A stretch of 64,000 bases of DNA, from contig CAWDEF010000001.1 of NCBI GenBank assembly GCA_963801275.1, positions 4,015,481-4,079,480 of the forward strand, written 5' to 3'. Within the stretch, counting starts at the first letter, position 1; each line of letters opens with the position of its first letter. Of the stretch, positions 1 to 7,999 are shown piece by piece. A program made the translations under genes and the position numbers. The DNA comes from an uncultured Acidobacteriota bacterium (lineage in GTDB: Bacteria; Acidobacteriota; Thermoanaerobaculia; UBA5066; Gp7-AA6). The notes under the pieces are model-generated. The model had not been told where the DNA came from. It did no database searches and saw only the letters and a list, made by a program, of their open reading frames with translations.

Positions 1-981
1 GTCAATGTGGACGGCGCGATCGCGGCTGCGCGGGAGTACGGCATCGGGTGCCTGCTCGTCGGCCGCACCGACGAACTCTCGCGCCTGATCGCCGATTCCG
101 GCTACCGCGGCGACAAGATCGAGGTCGTCGAGGCGCCGGAAGTCGTCACGATGGACGATCCGGCCACGGCGGCCATCCGCAAGAAGCGAAACTCGTCGAT
201 CCGCGTCGCGGCCAATTGCGTGCGCGACGGCCGGGCCGCCGGTCTCGTCTCCGCCGGGCACACGGGGGCCGCGATGGTCTCGGCCAAGATGGTGATCGGA
301 ACCATCGAGGGCGTGGACCGACCCGCCCTGGCCACGATCCTGCCGAACCTCTCGGGCCACTGCCTGCTGCTCGACGTGGGCGCCAACCCGGACGCGCGCA
401 CGGAGCACTTCAAGGAATTCGCGGTGATGGGCTCGATCTATGCCCAGCTCGTGTTCGGCAAGCCGAACCCGTCGATCGGTCTCATGTCGATCGGCGAGGA
501 AGACACCAAGGGCTCTGCGAGCACGAAGGAGGCCTTCAAGACGCTCAAGGAGACCGGCCTGAACTTCGTCGGCAACGTGGAGGGCCGCGACGTCTTCGAC
601 GGCAAGGTGGACGTGATCGTCACGGACGGCTTCACGGGCAACGTCATTCTGAAGGTTTCGGAGGCGCTGGCCGAGATGGTCGAGAAGCTGCTGCGCGAAG
701 AGATCAAGAAGACGCTGCAGGCCTCGGTCGGGTTCCTGCTCTCGCGCTCCGCCTTTCGCAGCTTCAAGTCTCGCATCGACTACTCCGAGTACGGCGGCGC
801 GCCGCTCCTGGGCGTGAAGGGCTGCGTCATCATCTGCCACGGGCGCTCGAGCGCGAAGGCGGTCAAGAATGCGATCCGACTGGCCGCCGAGTTCTCGCGC
901 CAGCGGCTCGCCGAGAAGATCCAGTCGTCGATCGCGCAGCTGCACTCCCACGAGGCCGAGCGCCGGGAAGGCGGCCGGTGA
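1..981 (+). CDS. plsX: Phosphate acyltransferase PlsX (5' end truncated by window edge)
   Basis: Frame is open from nt 1. Translation matches the PlsX core (GANPDA..., KGCVIICHGRSS). It sits upstream of fabH, as in the conserved FAS operon. Confidence 0.85.
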   Translation, partial: VNVDGAIAAAREYGIGCLLVGRTDELSRLIADSGYRGDKIEVVEAPEVVTMDDPATAAIRKKRNSSIRVAANCVRDGRAAGLVSAGHTGAAMVSAKMVIGTIEGVDRPALATILPNLSGHCLLLDVGANPDARTEHFKEFAVMGSIYAQLVFGKPNPSIGLMSIGEEDTKGSASTKEAFKTLKETGLNFVGNVEGRDVFDGKVDVIVTDGFTGNVILKVSEALAEMVEKLLREEIKKTLQASVGFLLSRSAFRSFKSRIDYSEYGGAPLLGVKGCVIICHGRSSAKAVKNAIRLAAEFSRQRLAEKIQSSIAQLHSHEAERREGGR

Positions 982-1961
982 TCCGGGCGCGCGTCTGCGG
1001 CGTCGGCTCGGCCGTCCCGAAGAAGGTTCTCTCCAACGCGGACCTCGAGAAGATCGTCGAAACCTCGGACGACTGGATCACCAGCCGCACCGGAATCCGC
1101 GAGCGCCGCATCGTCTCGGAAGGCGAGAAGTTCTCCGACCTCTGCACGAAGGCGGCCGAGTCCGCCCTGAAGCGCGCCCACGTCAAGGCCGAAGAACTGG
1201 ACATGATCCTGGTCGGCACGATTTCCGGCGACATGCCGTTCCCGGCGACCGCCTGCCTCGTTCAGAACAACATTGGGGCCTCCCGCGCGGCGGCGTCCGA
1301 CATCTCGGCGGCGTGCGTGGGATTCCTCTACGGCCTGCACCTGGCCGACGGCCTCATCCAGTCCCAGAAAGCCGAGAACGTCCTCGTCATCGGAGGCGAG
1401 ATCCTGACGCGTTACGTGGACTGGACCGACCGGTCCACCTGCGTCCTCTTCGGCGACGGCGCCGGCGCAGTCGTCCTGCAGGCGACCAAGGGGGACCACG
1501 GGATCCTGGGAACGCGCATGAAGTCCAACGGGGCGCTGGCCGACTTCATCTGTATGCCCGGCGGCGGCTCCAACCACCCGGCCAACGACCCGAAGTTGAT
1601 CGAGCAGCGCCTCGCCTTCATCAAGATGAAGGGAAACGAGACATTCAAGGTCGCCGTGAAGGCGATGGCCGACATCAGCGCCGAGGTTCTCGCGGAACAG
1701 GGCTTCACGAAGGACGACGTGCGTCTCTTCGTGCCGCATCAGGCCAACGAGCGCATCATCGACGCGGTGGGGGAGCGCCTGAAGTTCCCGCCCGACCGCG
1801 TTTTCAAGAACGTGGACCGGTACGGCAACACGTCGGCCGGCTCGATCCCGATCGCCCTCGACGAATGCCAGAGCAAGGGCCTTCTGAAGTCGGGCGATCT
1901 CGTCCTGCTCACGGCCTTCGGCGCCGGCCTCGTCTGGGGCAGCGTCCTCGTGCGCTGGTGA
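978..1961 (+). CDS. fabH: 3-oxoacyl-ACP synthase III
   Basis: GTG start overlaps the plsX stop (GTGA). 327 aa with FabH hallmarks: active-site Cys in AACVGFLYGL, HQANERII, GNTSAGSIP. Confidence 0.9.
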   Translation: MIRARVCGVGSAVPKKVLSNADLEKIVETSDDWITSRTGIRERRIVSEGEKFSDLCTKAAESALKRAHVKAEELDMILVGTISGDMPFPATACLVQNNIGASRAAASDISAACVGFLYGLHLADGLIQSQKAENVLVIGGEILTRYVDWTDRSTCVLFGDGAGAVVLQATKGDHGILGTRMKSNGALADFICMPGGGSNHPANDPKLIEQRLAFIKMKGNETFKVAVKAMADISAEVLAEQGFTKDDVRLFVPHQANERIIDAVGERLKFPPDRVFKNVDRYGNTSAGSIPIALDECQSKGLLKSGDLVLLTAFGAGLVWGSVLVRW

Positions 1962-1971
1962 CCGGGCGGCC

Positions 1972-2895
1972 GTGTCGCCCGAGGTGCTGATGCCTCTGGC
2001 CCTCCTCTTTCCGGGCCAGGGATCCCAGTCAGTCGGAATGGGCAAGTCCCTCTGCGAGGCCTCCGCGCAGGCGCGCCGGATCTTCGAGGAAGCGGACGCG
2101 GTCCTGGGCTTCCCCCTCTCTCGGCTCTGCTTCGAAGGGCCGGAGGAGGAGTTGAAACAGACCGCCAATACGCAGCCGGCGATCCTGACCCATTCGGTGG
2201 CGGCCTTGCGCGACCTCGAGGAGCGCGATCCCGGGCGCGTGGAGGGCGCGGTCTTTGCGTCGGGCCACTCGCTCGGCGAGTACTCGGCCAATGTGGCCGT
2301 CGGGTCGCTCGCCTTCGCCGACGCGCTGCGTCTGGTGCGCCGGCGTGGCGAGCTCATGCAGGACGCCGTCCCTCCGGGAGCGGGTGCCATGGCCGCGATC
2401 CTGGGGCTGCCTGCCGAGGCCGTCGAGGCCGCCTGCCGCGAGGTCGCGCAGGGCGAGGTGGTCGCGCCGGCCAATTACAACTCTCCGGAGCAAACCGTGA
2501 TTGCGGGCCATGCGGCTGCGGTTGCGCGCGCGTCGGCCCTCTGCACGGAGCGCGGCGCCAGGCGCGCCGTCGCGCTGCCGGTCTCCGCCCCTTTCCACTG
2601 CGCTCTCATGGTTCCGGCGCGCGAGCGGATGACGCCGCTGCTCGAGGCTGCGCCTTTTCGCGACACACGAATTCCCGTCGTGACGAATGTCGACGCCGTG
2701 CCGACGGCCTCGGGCGCGGCTCTGCGGGATGCGCTCATCCGGCAGATCGACTCGCCCGTGCGCTGGGTGGACTCGGTGCGCCGCCTGGCCGCCGACGGCG
2801 TCGTCCGCGCGCTCGAGCTCGGACCGGGAAACGTGCTCGCGGGGCTCGTTCGGCGGATCGAGAAGCCTCTCAAGGTCGAGAGCTACGGCGGATGA
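1972..2895 (+). CDS. fabD: Malonyl-CoA:ACP transacylase
   Basis: 307 aa starting LFPGQGSQ, with the GHSLGEYSA active-site serine motif. Confidence 0.9.
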   Translation: MSPEVLMPLALLFPGQGSQSVGMGKSLCEASAQARRIFEEADAVLGFPLSRLCFEGPEEELKQTANTQPAILTHSVAALRDLEERDPGRVEGAVFASGHSLGEYSANVAVGSLAFADALRLVRRRGELMQDAVPPGAGAMAAILGLPAEAVEAACREVAQGEVVAPANYNSPEQTVIAGHAAAVARASALCTERGARRAVALPVSAPFHCALMVPARERMTPLLEAAPFRDTRIPVVTNVDAVPTASGAALRDALIRQIDSPVRWVDSVRRLAADGVVRALELGPGNVLAGLVRRIEKPLKVESYGG

Positions 2896-3827
2896 GCCGT
2901 CGTGTCGCTCGGCGGGCAGCCGCTCCGCTGCTCGCCCTGGCCCTGGCGGCCGGCTGCGCCACGGCACCCCAACCAGAGACGTCGCCGATCGACCGCGAAG
3001 TCGCTGCCGCCTCGGCGCGCTGCGGCTGCCGGATGGGCGTGGCGGCCAGGCACCTGGAGAGCGGGAGATCCTACGAGCACCTGGCCGACGCGGAGTTCGA
3101 GGGCGCCTCGGTTACGAAGATCGCCGTCCTCACCGAGGCGATGGCGGCGGTCCGGGAAGGCCGCGTGGATCTCGCGCAACGCTGGGAGCTCACCGAGAAG
3201 GACAAGGCAGACGGCTCGGGCATGCTGCTCATGCTCGACCCGGGGCTCGAGCCGACGTGGAACGACCTGCTGACGCTCATGATCGGCCCCTCCGACAACA
3301 CCGCCACCAACGCCTGGATCGACCGGCTCGGGATCACGGCGGTCAACGCGCGGATGGAGGCGCTCGGATTCGCCCACATCCGTCTGCTCGCGACGATTCC
3401 CTTGTATTCGAGCCGGGATGCGCGCCCCTCTCCCTGGATGGGATTCCGCTTCGGGATCCTGACGCCGCGAGAGGTGGCTCTCTGGTACGGGCGCGTGGCC
3501 CGCGCCGATCTGCTGGACGCACAGTCCTCGCGCCGCATCTTCGAGTACCTCGACAAGGACCCGAGCCGTCTGCGTGCGGCGAGGCACTTCCCCCGGTCGG
3601 ACCTCTGGGCCGGCAAGACGGGCTCGATGAGCGGGGTGCGAAACGACTCGGGAATTCTGCGGACGAGGAAGGGGCATTTCGTGCTCGTGCTCTTGACCGA
3701 CGGCTCGACCGCCACAGCCGACAACGCCGCGGACGATCCGTCCGTGCTCGCCATCGCCGACGTGGCGAAGGCGATCGTCTCGACCTGGAGCGCCGACCTG
3801 CCGGATCTTCCGGGAAATCCCCGATGA
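2892..3827 (+). CDS. Class A beta-lactamase-like serine hydrolase, lipoprotein
   Basis: ATGA overlap with the fabD stop. Lipobox LAAGC. Class A motifs are all present: S-V-T-K, S-D-N, E-P-T-W-N (E166/N170-like) and K-T-G-S. Confidence 0.7.
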   Translation: MSRRVARRAAAPLLALALAAGCATAPQPETSPIDREVAAASARCGCRMGVAARHLESGRSYEHLADAEFEGASVTKIAVLTEAMAAVREGRVDLAQRWELTEKDKADGSGMLLMLDPGLEPTWNDLLTLMIGPSDNTATNAWIDRLGITAVNARMEALGFAHIRLLATIPLYSSRDARPSPWMGFRFGILTPREVALWYGRVARADLLDAQSSRRIFEYLDKDPSRLRAARHFPRSDLWAGKTGSMSGVRNDSGILRTRKGHFVLVLLTDGSTATADNAADDPSVLAIADVAKAIVSTWSADLPDLPGNPR

Positions 3828-3849
3828 GGCACGGGATAGAGTCGCCCCG

Positions 3850-4593
3850 ATGAAGCGCTTCGAGACGAGGATCGCCCTGGTCACCGGCGCCTCTCGCGGT
3901 ATCGGTCAGGCAATCGCGCGCAGGCTCGCCACCGAAGGGGCCCTCGTCATCGCCGCGGCCCGGGGCCTCGAGGCCCTCGAGCGGCTGGTCGCCGAGATCA
4001 CGGCCTCCGGAGGGCAGGCGACTGCGCTCCGGATGGACGTTTCCGACGCCGCATCGATCGCCGAGGGAGTGAAGGCGGCCCTGGAGCGTCACGGCGGAGT
4101 CGACGTGCTCGTCAACAACGCGGGCGTCACCGAGGACGCCCTCATCCTGCGCATGTCGCGCGAGTCCTGGGACCGCGTTCTCGCAACCAATCTGACGGGC
4201 ACGTTTCTCCTGACACAGGCGATCGTGAAGGCGATGGTCCGCAAGCGCTATGGTCGGATCGTCAACGTCAGCTCGGTCGTGGGCTTGATGGGCAACGCCG
4301 GCCAGGCCAACTATGCGGCATCGAAGGCGGGCCTGATCGGCCTGACCAAGACCGTGGCGCGCGAGCTCGCCTCGCGCAACATCACGTGCAACGCCGTCGC
4401 TCCCGGGTTCATCGAGACGGAAATGACCGAAAAGATGACGCAGGAGGCGCGCGAGGCGCTGTCGGGCCAGATTCCGCTCGGGAGGCTCGGCTCGGCGGAG
4501 GATGTCGCGGAAGCGGTCGCTTTTCTCGCCTCGGAGGGAGCCTCCTACGTGACCGGGCAGGTCCTGAACGTGTCCGGGGGGCTCTATATCTGA
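3850..4593 (+). CDS. fabG: 3-oxoacyl-ACP reductase
   Basis: 247 aa SDR with TGASRGIGQAIA Rossmann motif and YAASKAG catalytic motif. Confidence 0.9.
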   Translation: MKRFETRIALVTGASRGIGQAIARRLATEGALVIAAARGLEALERLVAEITASGGQATALRMDVSDAASIAEGVKAALERHGGVDVLVNNAGVTEDALILRMSRESWDRVLATNLTGTFLLTQAIVKAMVRKRYGRIVNVSSVVGLMGNAGQANYAASKAGLIGLTKTVARELASRNITCNAVAPGFIETEMTEKMTQEAREALSGQIPLGRLGSAEDVAEAVAFLASEGASYVTGQVLNVSGGLYI

Positions 4594-4600
4594 GGGGGGA

Positions 4601-4623
4601 GCCGGCCCTTGCCTGAGGCCGGC
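4601..4623 (+). promoter_or_regulatory. Stem-loop (7-bp stem GCCGGCC/GGCCGGC, 9-nt loop) between fabG and acpP
   Basis: Seen directly. No T-tract follows, so an attenuator or RNA-processing element is more likely than an intrinsic terminator. Confidence 0.3.
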
Positions 4624-4668
4624 ATCTAGGGAACAATACCCCGGCCTTTGACATCGAGGGAGGAAGGA

Positions 4669-4908
4669 ATGAGTGTCGAAGAAAAGGTGAAGAGCATCAT
4701 CGTCGAACAGCTCGGCGTGGACGCGAACGAGGTCACTCCCGAGGCGTCCTTCGTCGACGACCTCGGCGCGGATTCGCTCGACACCGTCGAGCTCGTGATG
4801 GCTTTCGAAGAGGCGTTCAACATCGAGATCCCAGACGAGTCCGCCGAGAAGATCCAGAAGGTCAAGGACGCCGTCGAGTACATCGAGAAGCACTCCTCGA
4901 AAAACTGA
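4669..4908 (+). CDS. acpP: Acyl carrier protein
   Basis: ATG at 4669 is preceded by GAGGGAGG. The [10 protein letters not shown] phosphopantetheine-attachment motif is present. The track ORF begins at an upstream TTG (4648). Confidence 0.9.
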   Translation: MSVEEKVKSIIVEQLGVDANEVTPEASFVDDLGADSLDTVELVMAFEEAFNIEIPDESAEKIQKVKDAVEYIEKHSSKN

Positions 4909-4915
4909 TTACCCC

Positions 4916-6175
4916 ATGCCCCGCCTCTCGTCTCCCCGTCGCGTCGCCGTGACGGGGGTGGGCCTGATCTCTCCGCTCGGAATCGGAAATACGGAGAACT
5001 GGTCCGCCCTCCTCGCGGGCAAGAGCGGCATCGGCCCCATCACCCGCTTCGACGCCTCTGCCTTCTCGTCCCGGATCGCCGGCGAAGTCCGGGGCTTCGA
5101 GCCGGCGCGCTATATCGAGAAGAAGGAAATCAAGAAGATGGACACGTTCATCCATTACGCGATGGGAGCGGCCCATTTCGCGATGGAGGACGCGGGCCTG
5201 GCGGTGACGGACGCGAATCGGACCCGGGTCGCCGTCGTGGTCGGGTCGGGCATCGGGGGCCTGCCGATCATCGAGGAAACCCAGCGAAAGTACGTCGAGA
5301 ACGGCGGCAACCCCCGCGTGATCTCGCCCTTCTTCATCACGGGCCTGATCGTCAACGAGGCGGCCGGCAACATCTCGATCAAGTACGGCCTGAAGGGGCC
5401 CAATCTCTCGACGGCAACCGCCTGCACGACGGGTGCGCACGCCGTGGGGGAGGCCTACCGAATGATCCAGTATGGCGACGCCGACGCGGCGATCGCCGGC
5501 GGGACGGAATCCGTCATCACGCCGCTCGCCGTAGGCGGATTCGCCGTGATGAAGGCGCTGACCGGCCGCAACGACGAGCCGCAGCGGGCCTCACGGCCCT
5601 GGGATCGCGACCGTGACGGCTTCGTCATCAGCGAGGGGGCGGGCCTGGTGATCCTCGAGGAGATGGAAGCGGCGAAGAAGCGGGGGGCGCGCATTTATGC
5701 CGAGCTCGTCGGTTACGGAATGTCCGGAGACGCGTACCACATCGCGGCGCCCTCGGAAGACGGTGATGGGCCCTCGCGCGTGATGCGCAACACGCTCGCC
5801 GACGCGGGAGTCGCCCCGGACGAGGTCGACTACATCAACGCCCACGGCACGTCGACGCCCCTCGGGGACCGGGCCGAGACGCTCGCGATCAAGCACGTCT
5901 TCGGTGACCACGCCCGGAAGATCGCCGTCTCCTCGACCAAGTCGATGACCGGGCACCTGCTCGGCGCGGCAGGGGGCCTCGAGTCCGCGATCTGCGCGCT
6001 GGCCGTGCACAACGGCGTCATCCCTCCGACGATCAACTACGACAACCCGGATCCGGAGTGTGATCTCGACTATGTTCCCAACCAGGCGCGGCCGAAGCCG
6101 CTGCGCTACGCGCTGAACAATTCGTTCGGATTCGGCGGCACCAATGGGGGCCTGCTCTTCAAGAGGGTCGCATGA
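4916..6175 (+). CDS. fabF: 3-oxoacyl-ACP synthase II
   Basis: 419 aa KAS-II: active-site Cys in ATACTTGAHA, HGTSTPLGD, GHLLGAAG. Confidence 0.9.
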   Translation: MPRLSSPRRVAVTGVGLISPLGIGNTENWSALLAGKSGIGPITRFDASAFSSRIAGEVRGFEPARYIEKKEIKKMDTFIHYAMGAAHFAMEDAGLAVTDANRTRVAVVVGSGIGGLPIIEETQRKYVENGGNPRVISPFFITGLIVNEAAGNISIKYGLKGPNLSTATACTTGAHAVGEAYRMIQYGDADAAIAGGTESVITPLAVGGFAVMKALTGRNDEPQRASRPWDRDRDGFVISEGAGLVILEEMEAAKKRGARIYAELVGYGMSGDAYHIAAPSEDGDGPSRVMRNTLADAGVAPDEVDYINAHGTSTPLGDRAETLAIKHVFGDHARKIAVSSTKSMTGHLLGAAGGLESAICALAVHNGVIPPTINYDNPDPECDLDYVPNQARPKPLRYALNNSFGFGGTNGGLLFKRVA

Positions 6176-6957
6176 ACTCGCTCGTCGCCGTCGCCTACGT
6201 TCCGGACACCGAGACGAAGATCAAGATCGCCGCCGATGGCAAGTCGATCGACGAGTCGGACGTGAAGTGGATCGTCTCGCCATATGACGAGTACGGGCTC
6301 GAGGAGGCGCTCAAGACCCGGGAGGCCGCGGGTGCCGGCACGGTGGCGGTGGTTTGCGTCGGGCCCGAGCGCGCCAAGACGGGACTGCGCGAGTGCCTCG
6401 CCCGCGGCGCCGACGAGGCGATCTGGGTGGATTCGGGCGACTCGCGTTATCTCGACGCTCTGGCGACGGCCAAGGCGATTGCCGCGGTCGCGAAGGAAGG
6501 CCAGTACGACTTCCTCTGGTTCGGCCAGAAGGGAGTCGGCTACGACGAGTCGCTCGTCGGGCCCATGGTGGCCGAGCTCGCCGGTGTGCCGCACGTGGCC
6601 AACGTCATCCACCTGACGATCGGCGAGGGCAAGATCACCGCCGAGCGCGAGATCGAAGGAGCCCACGAGGTCGTCGAAAGCAAGCTGCCGGCCGCCCTGA
6701 CGGCGCAGAAGGGCCTGAACGAGCCCCGGTACGCGTCGCTCAAGGGCATCATGGGAGCCAAGAAGAAGCCCATCGCGGAGAAGAAGCTCTCGGAGATGGG
6801 GATCGCGGGGGCGGAACCCTCGGGAGCCAAGACGCGCTGGCGCAAGCTCGAGCTGCCGCCGCCCCGCAAGGCCTGTCACATGATTCCGGCGGACGATCCC
6901 GCGGCGGCCGCCAGGGAGCTCGTGCGGCTGTTGAGGGAAGAGGCGAAAGTAATATGA
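6172..6957 (+). CDS. etfB: Electron transfer flavoprotein beta subunit
   Basis: ATGA overlap with the fabF stop. 261 aa whose N-terminus (VAVAYVPDTETKIKIAADGKSID...) is typical of EtfB. Confidence 0.85.
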   Translation: MNSLVAVAYVPDTETKIKIAADGKSIDESDVKWIVSPYDEYGLEEALKTREAAGAGTVAVVCVGPERAKTGLRECLARGADEAIWVDSGDSRYLDALATAKAIAAVAKEGQYDFLWFGQKGVGYDESLVGPMVAELAGVPHVANVIHLTIGEGKITAEREIEGAHEVVESKLPAALTAQKGLNEPRYASLKGIMGAKKKPIAEKKLSEMGIAGAEPSGAKTRWRKLELPPPRKACHMIPADDPAAAARELVRLLREEAKVI

Positions 6958-6988
6958 AAATTTCGAATTTCGAAGTTCGAATTTCGAA
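6958..6988. promoter_or_regulatory. Four tandem TTCGAA palindromes (TTTCGAA TTTCGAA GTTCGAA TTTCGAA) filling the etfB-etfA intergenic spacer
   Basis: Seen directly: aaatttcgaatttcgaagttcgaatttcgaaATG. It is AT-rich and replaces a normal Shine-Dalgarno sequence. Confidence 0.4.
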
Positions 6989-7963
6989 ATGTCCATGAAA
7001 TTCCTCGTCTTTATCGAGCAACGCGAAGGGAAGATCCGCAAGGCTTCCCTCGAGGCCCTGTCGCTCGCGCGCCGGCTCTCGGGCGGGCCGGTGGCGGCCG
7101 TGTTGCCGGGCAAGGGCGTGACGGCTCTCGCCGGGGAGCTCGGCGCCTACGGCGCGGCGGTCGTTTACGTGGCCGACCGGGACGAGCTCGCGCTCTATGG
7201 CAACAAGGGCTACGTCGGCGCCCTCGACGCAGCGGCCGGGAAGGAGAACCCCGACGCGGTTCTGATCGCCGCGACCGCGATGGGAAAGGACGTGGCGCCG
7301 CGCTTTGCGGCCCGCCGCGACGTGTCCGTGCTCGCCGACGTCATGGAGCTCCGGCTCGAGGGCGACCGGCTCGTCGGCTCCCGGCCCGTCTACTCGGGCA
7401 AGGCCCGGGCGGAGGTCGACTGCGGGGCGGCGAAGCTTCAGATCGCCACCACGCGGCCCAACGTCTTCCCCTCCGAGGCGCAGACCGGCGGTCCCGAGCC
7501 GCGCGTGGAGACGCTGGATCTGGGCGAGATCGCGCCGCGCGCCCGTGTCGTCAAGATCGAGACCTCCGAGTCCAAGGAGCTCGACGTCGCGGAAGCGGAC
7601 ACGATCGTGTCGGGCGGCCGGGGAATCAAGGGTCCGGAGAACTGGCCCGTCATCAAGGGCCTTCAGGAGGCGCTCGGTGCCGCGCTCGGCGCCTCCCGCG
7701 CCGCGGTGGACGCGGGGTGGATCGATCACCAGCACCAGGTCGGGCAGACCGGAAAGGTCGTTTCGCCGACCCTGTACGTCGCCTGCGGCATCTCGGGCGC
7801 GATCCAGCACCTGGCGGGCATGGGCACCTCGAAGGTCGTCGTTGCGATCAACAAGGACCCCGAGGCGCCGATCTTCAAGGTGGCGACCTACGGTATCGTC
7901 GGCGACCTCTTTGCCGTCGTGCCGGAGGTGACCAAGGCTGTGAAGGCCGCCAAGGCGGAATAG
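6989..7963 (+). CDS. etfA: Electron transfer flavoprotein alpha subunit
   Basis: 324 aa with the EtfA C-terminal FAD-binding region ([19 protein letters not shown]). Confidence 0.85.
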   Translation: MSMKFLVFIEQREGKIRKASLEALSLARRLSGGPVAAVLPGKGVTALAGELGAYGAAVVYVADRDELALYGNKGYVGALDAAAGKENPDAVLIAATAMGKDVAPRFAARRDVSVLADVMELRLEGDRLVGSRPVYSGKARAEVDCGAAKLQIATTRPNVFPSEAQTGGPEPRVETLDLGEIAPRARVVKIETSESKELDVAEADTIVSGGRGIKGPENWPVIKGLQEALGAALGASRAAVDAGWIDHQHQVGQTGKVVSPTLYVACGISGAIQHLAGMGTSKVVVAINKDPEAPIFKVATYGIVGDLFAVVPEVTKAVKAAKAE

Positions 7964-7999
7964 CTGACGGACGCTCGGCGCCTTCGTTAGACTGCCGCC

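Noticed and set aside
780-2474. 564-aa minus-strand ORF antisense to fabH/fabD
   Set aside because: Arg/Ala/Gly-rich low-complexity translation typical of antisense ORFs in high-GC DNA. It overlaps well-supported fab genes.
3343-4893. 516-aa minus-strand ORF antisense to bla/fabG/acpP
   Set aside because: Spurious high-GC antisense ORF. It overlaps fabG and acpP, which are unambiguous.
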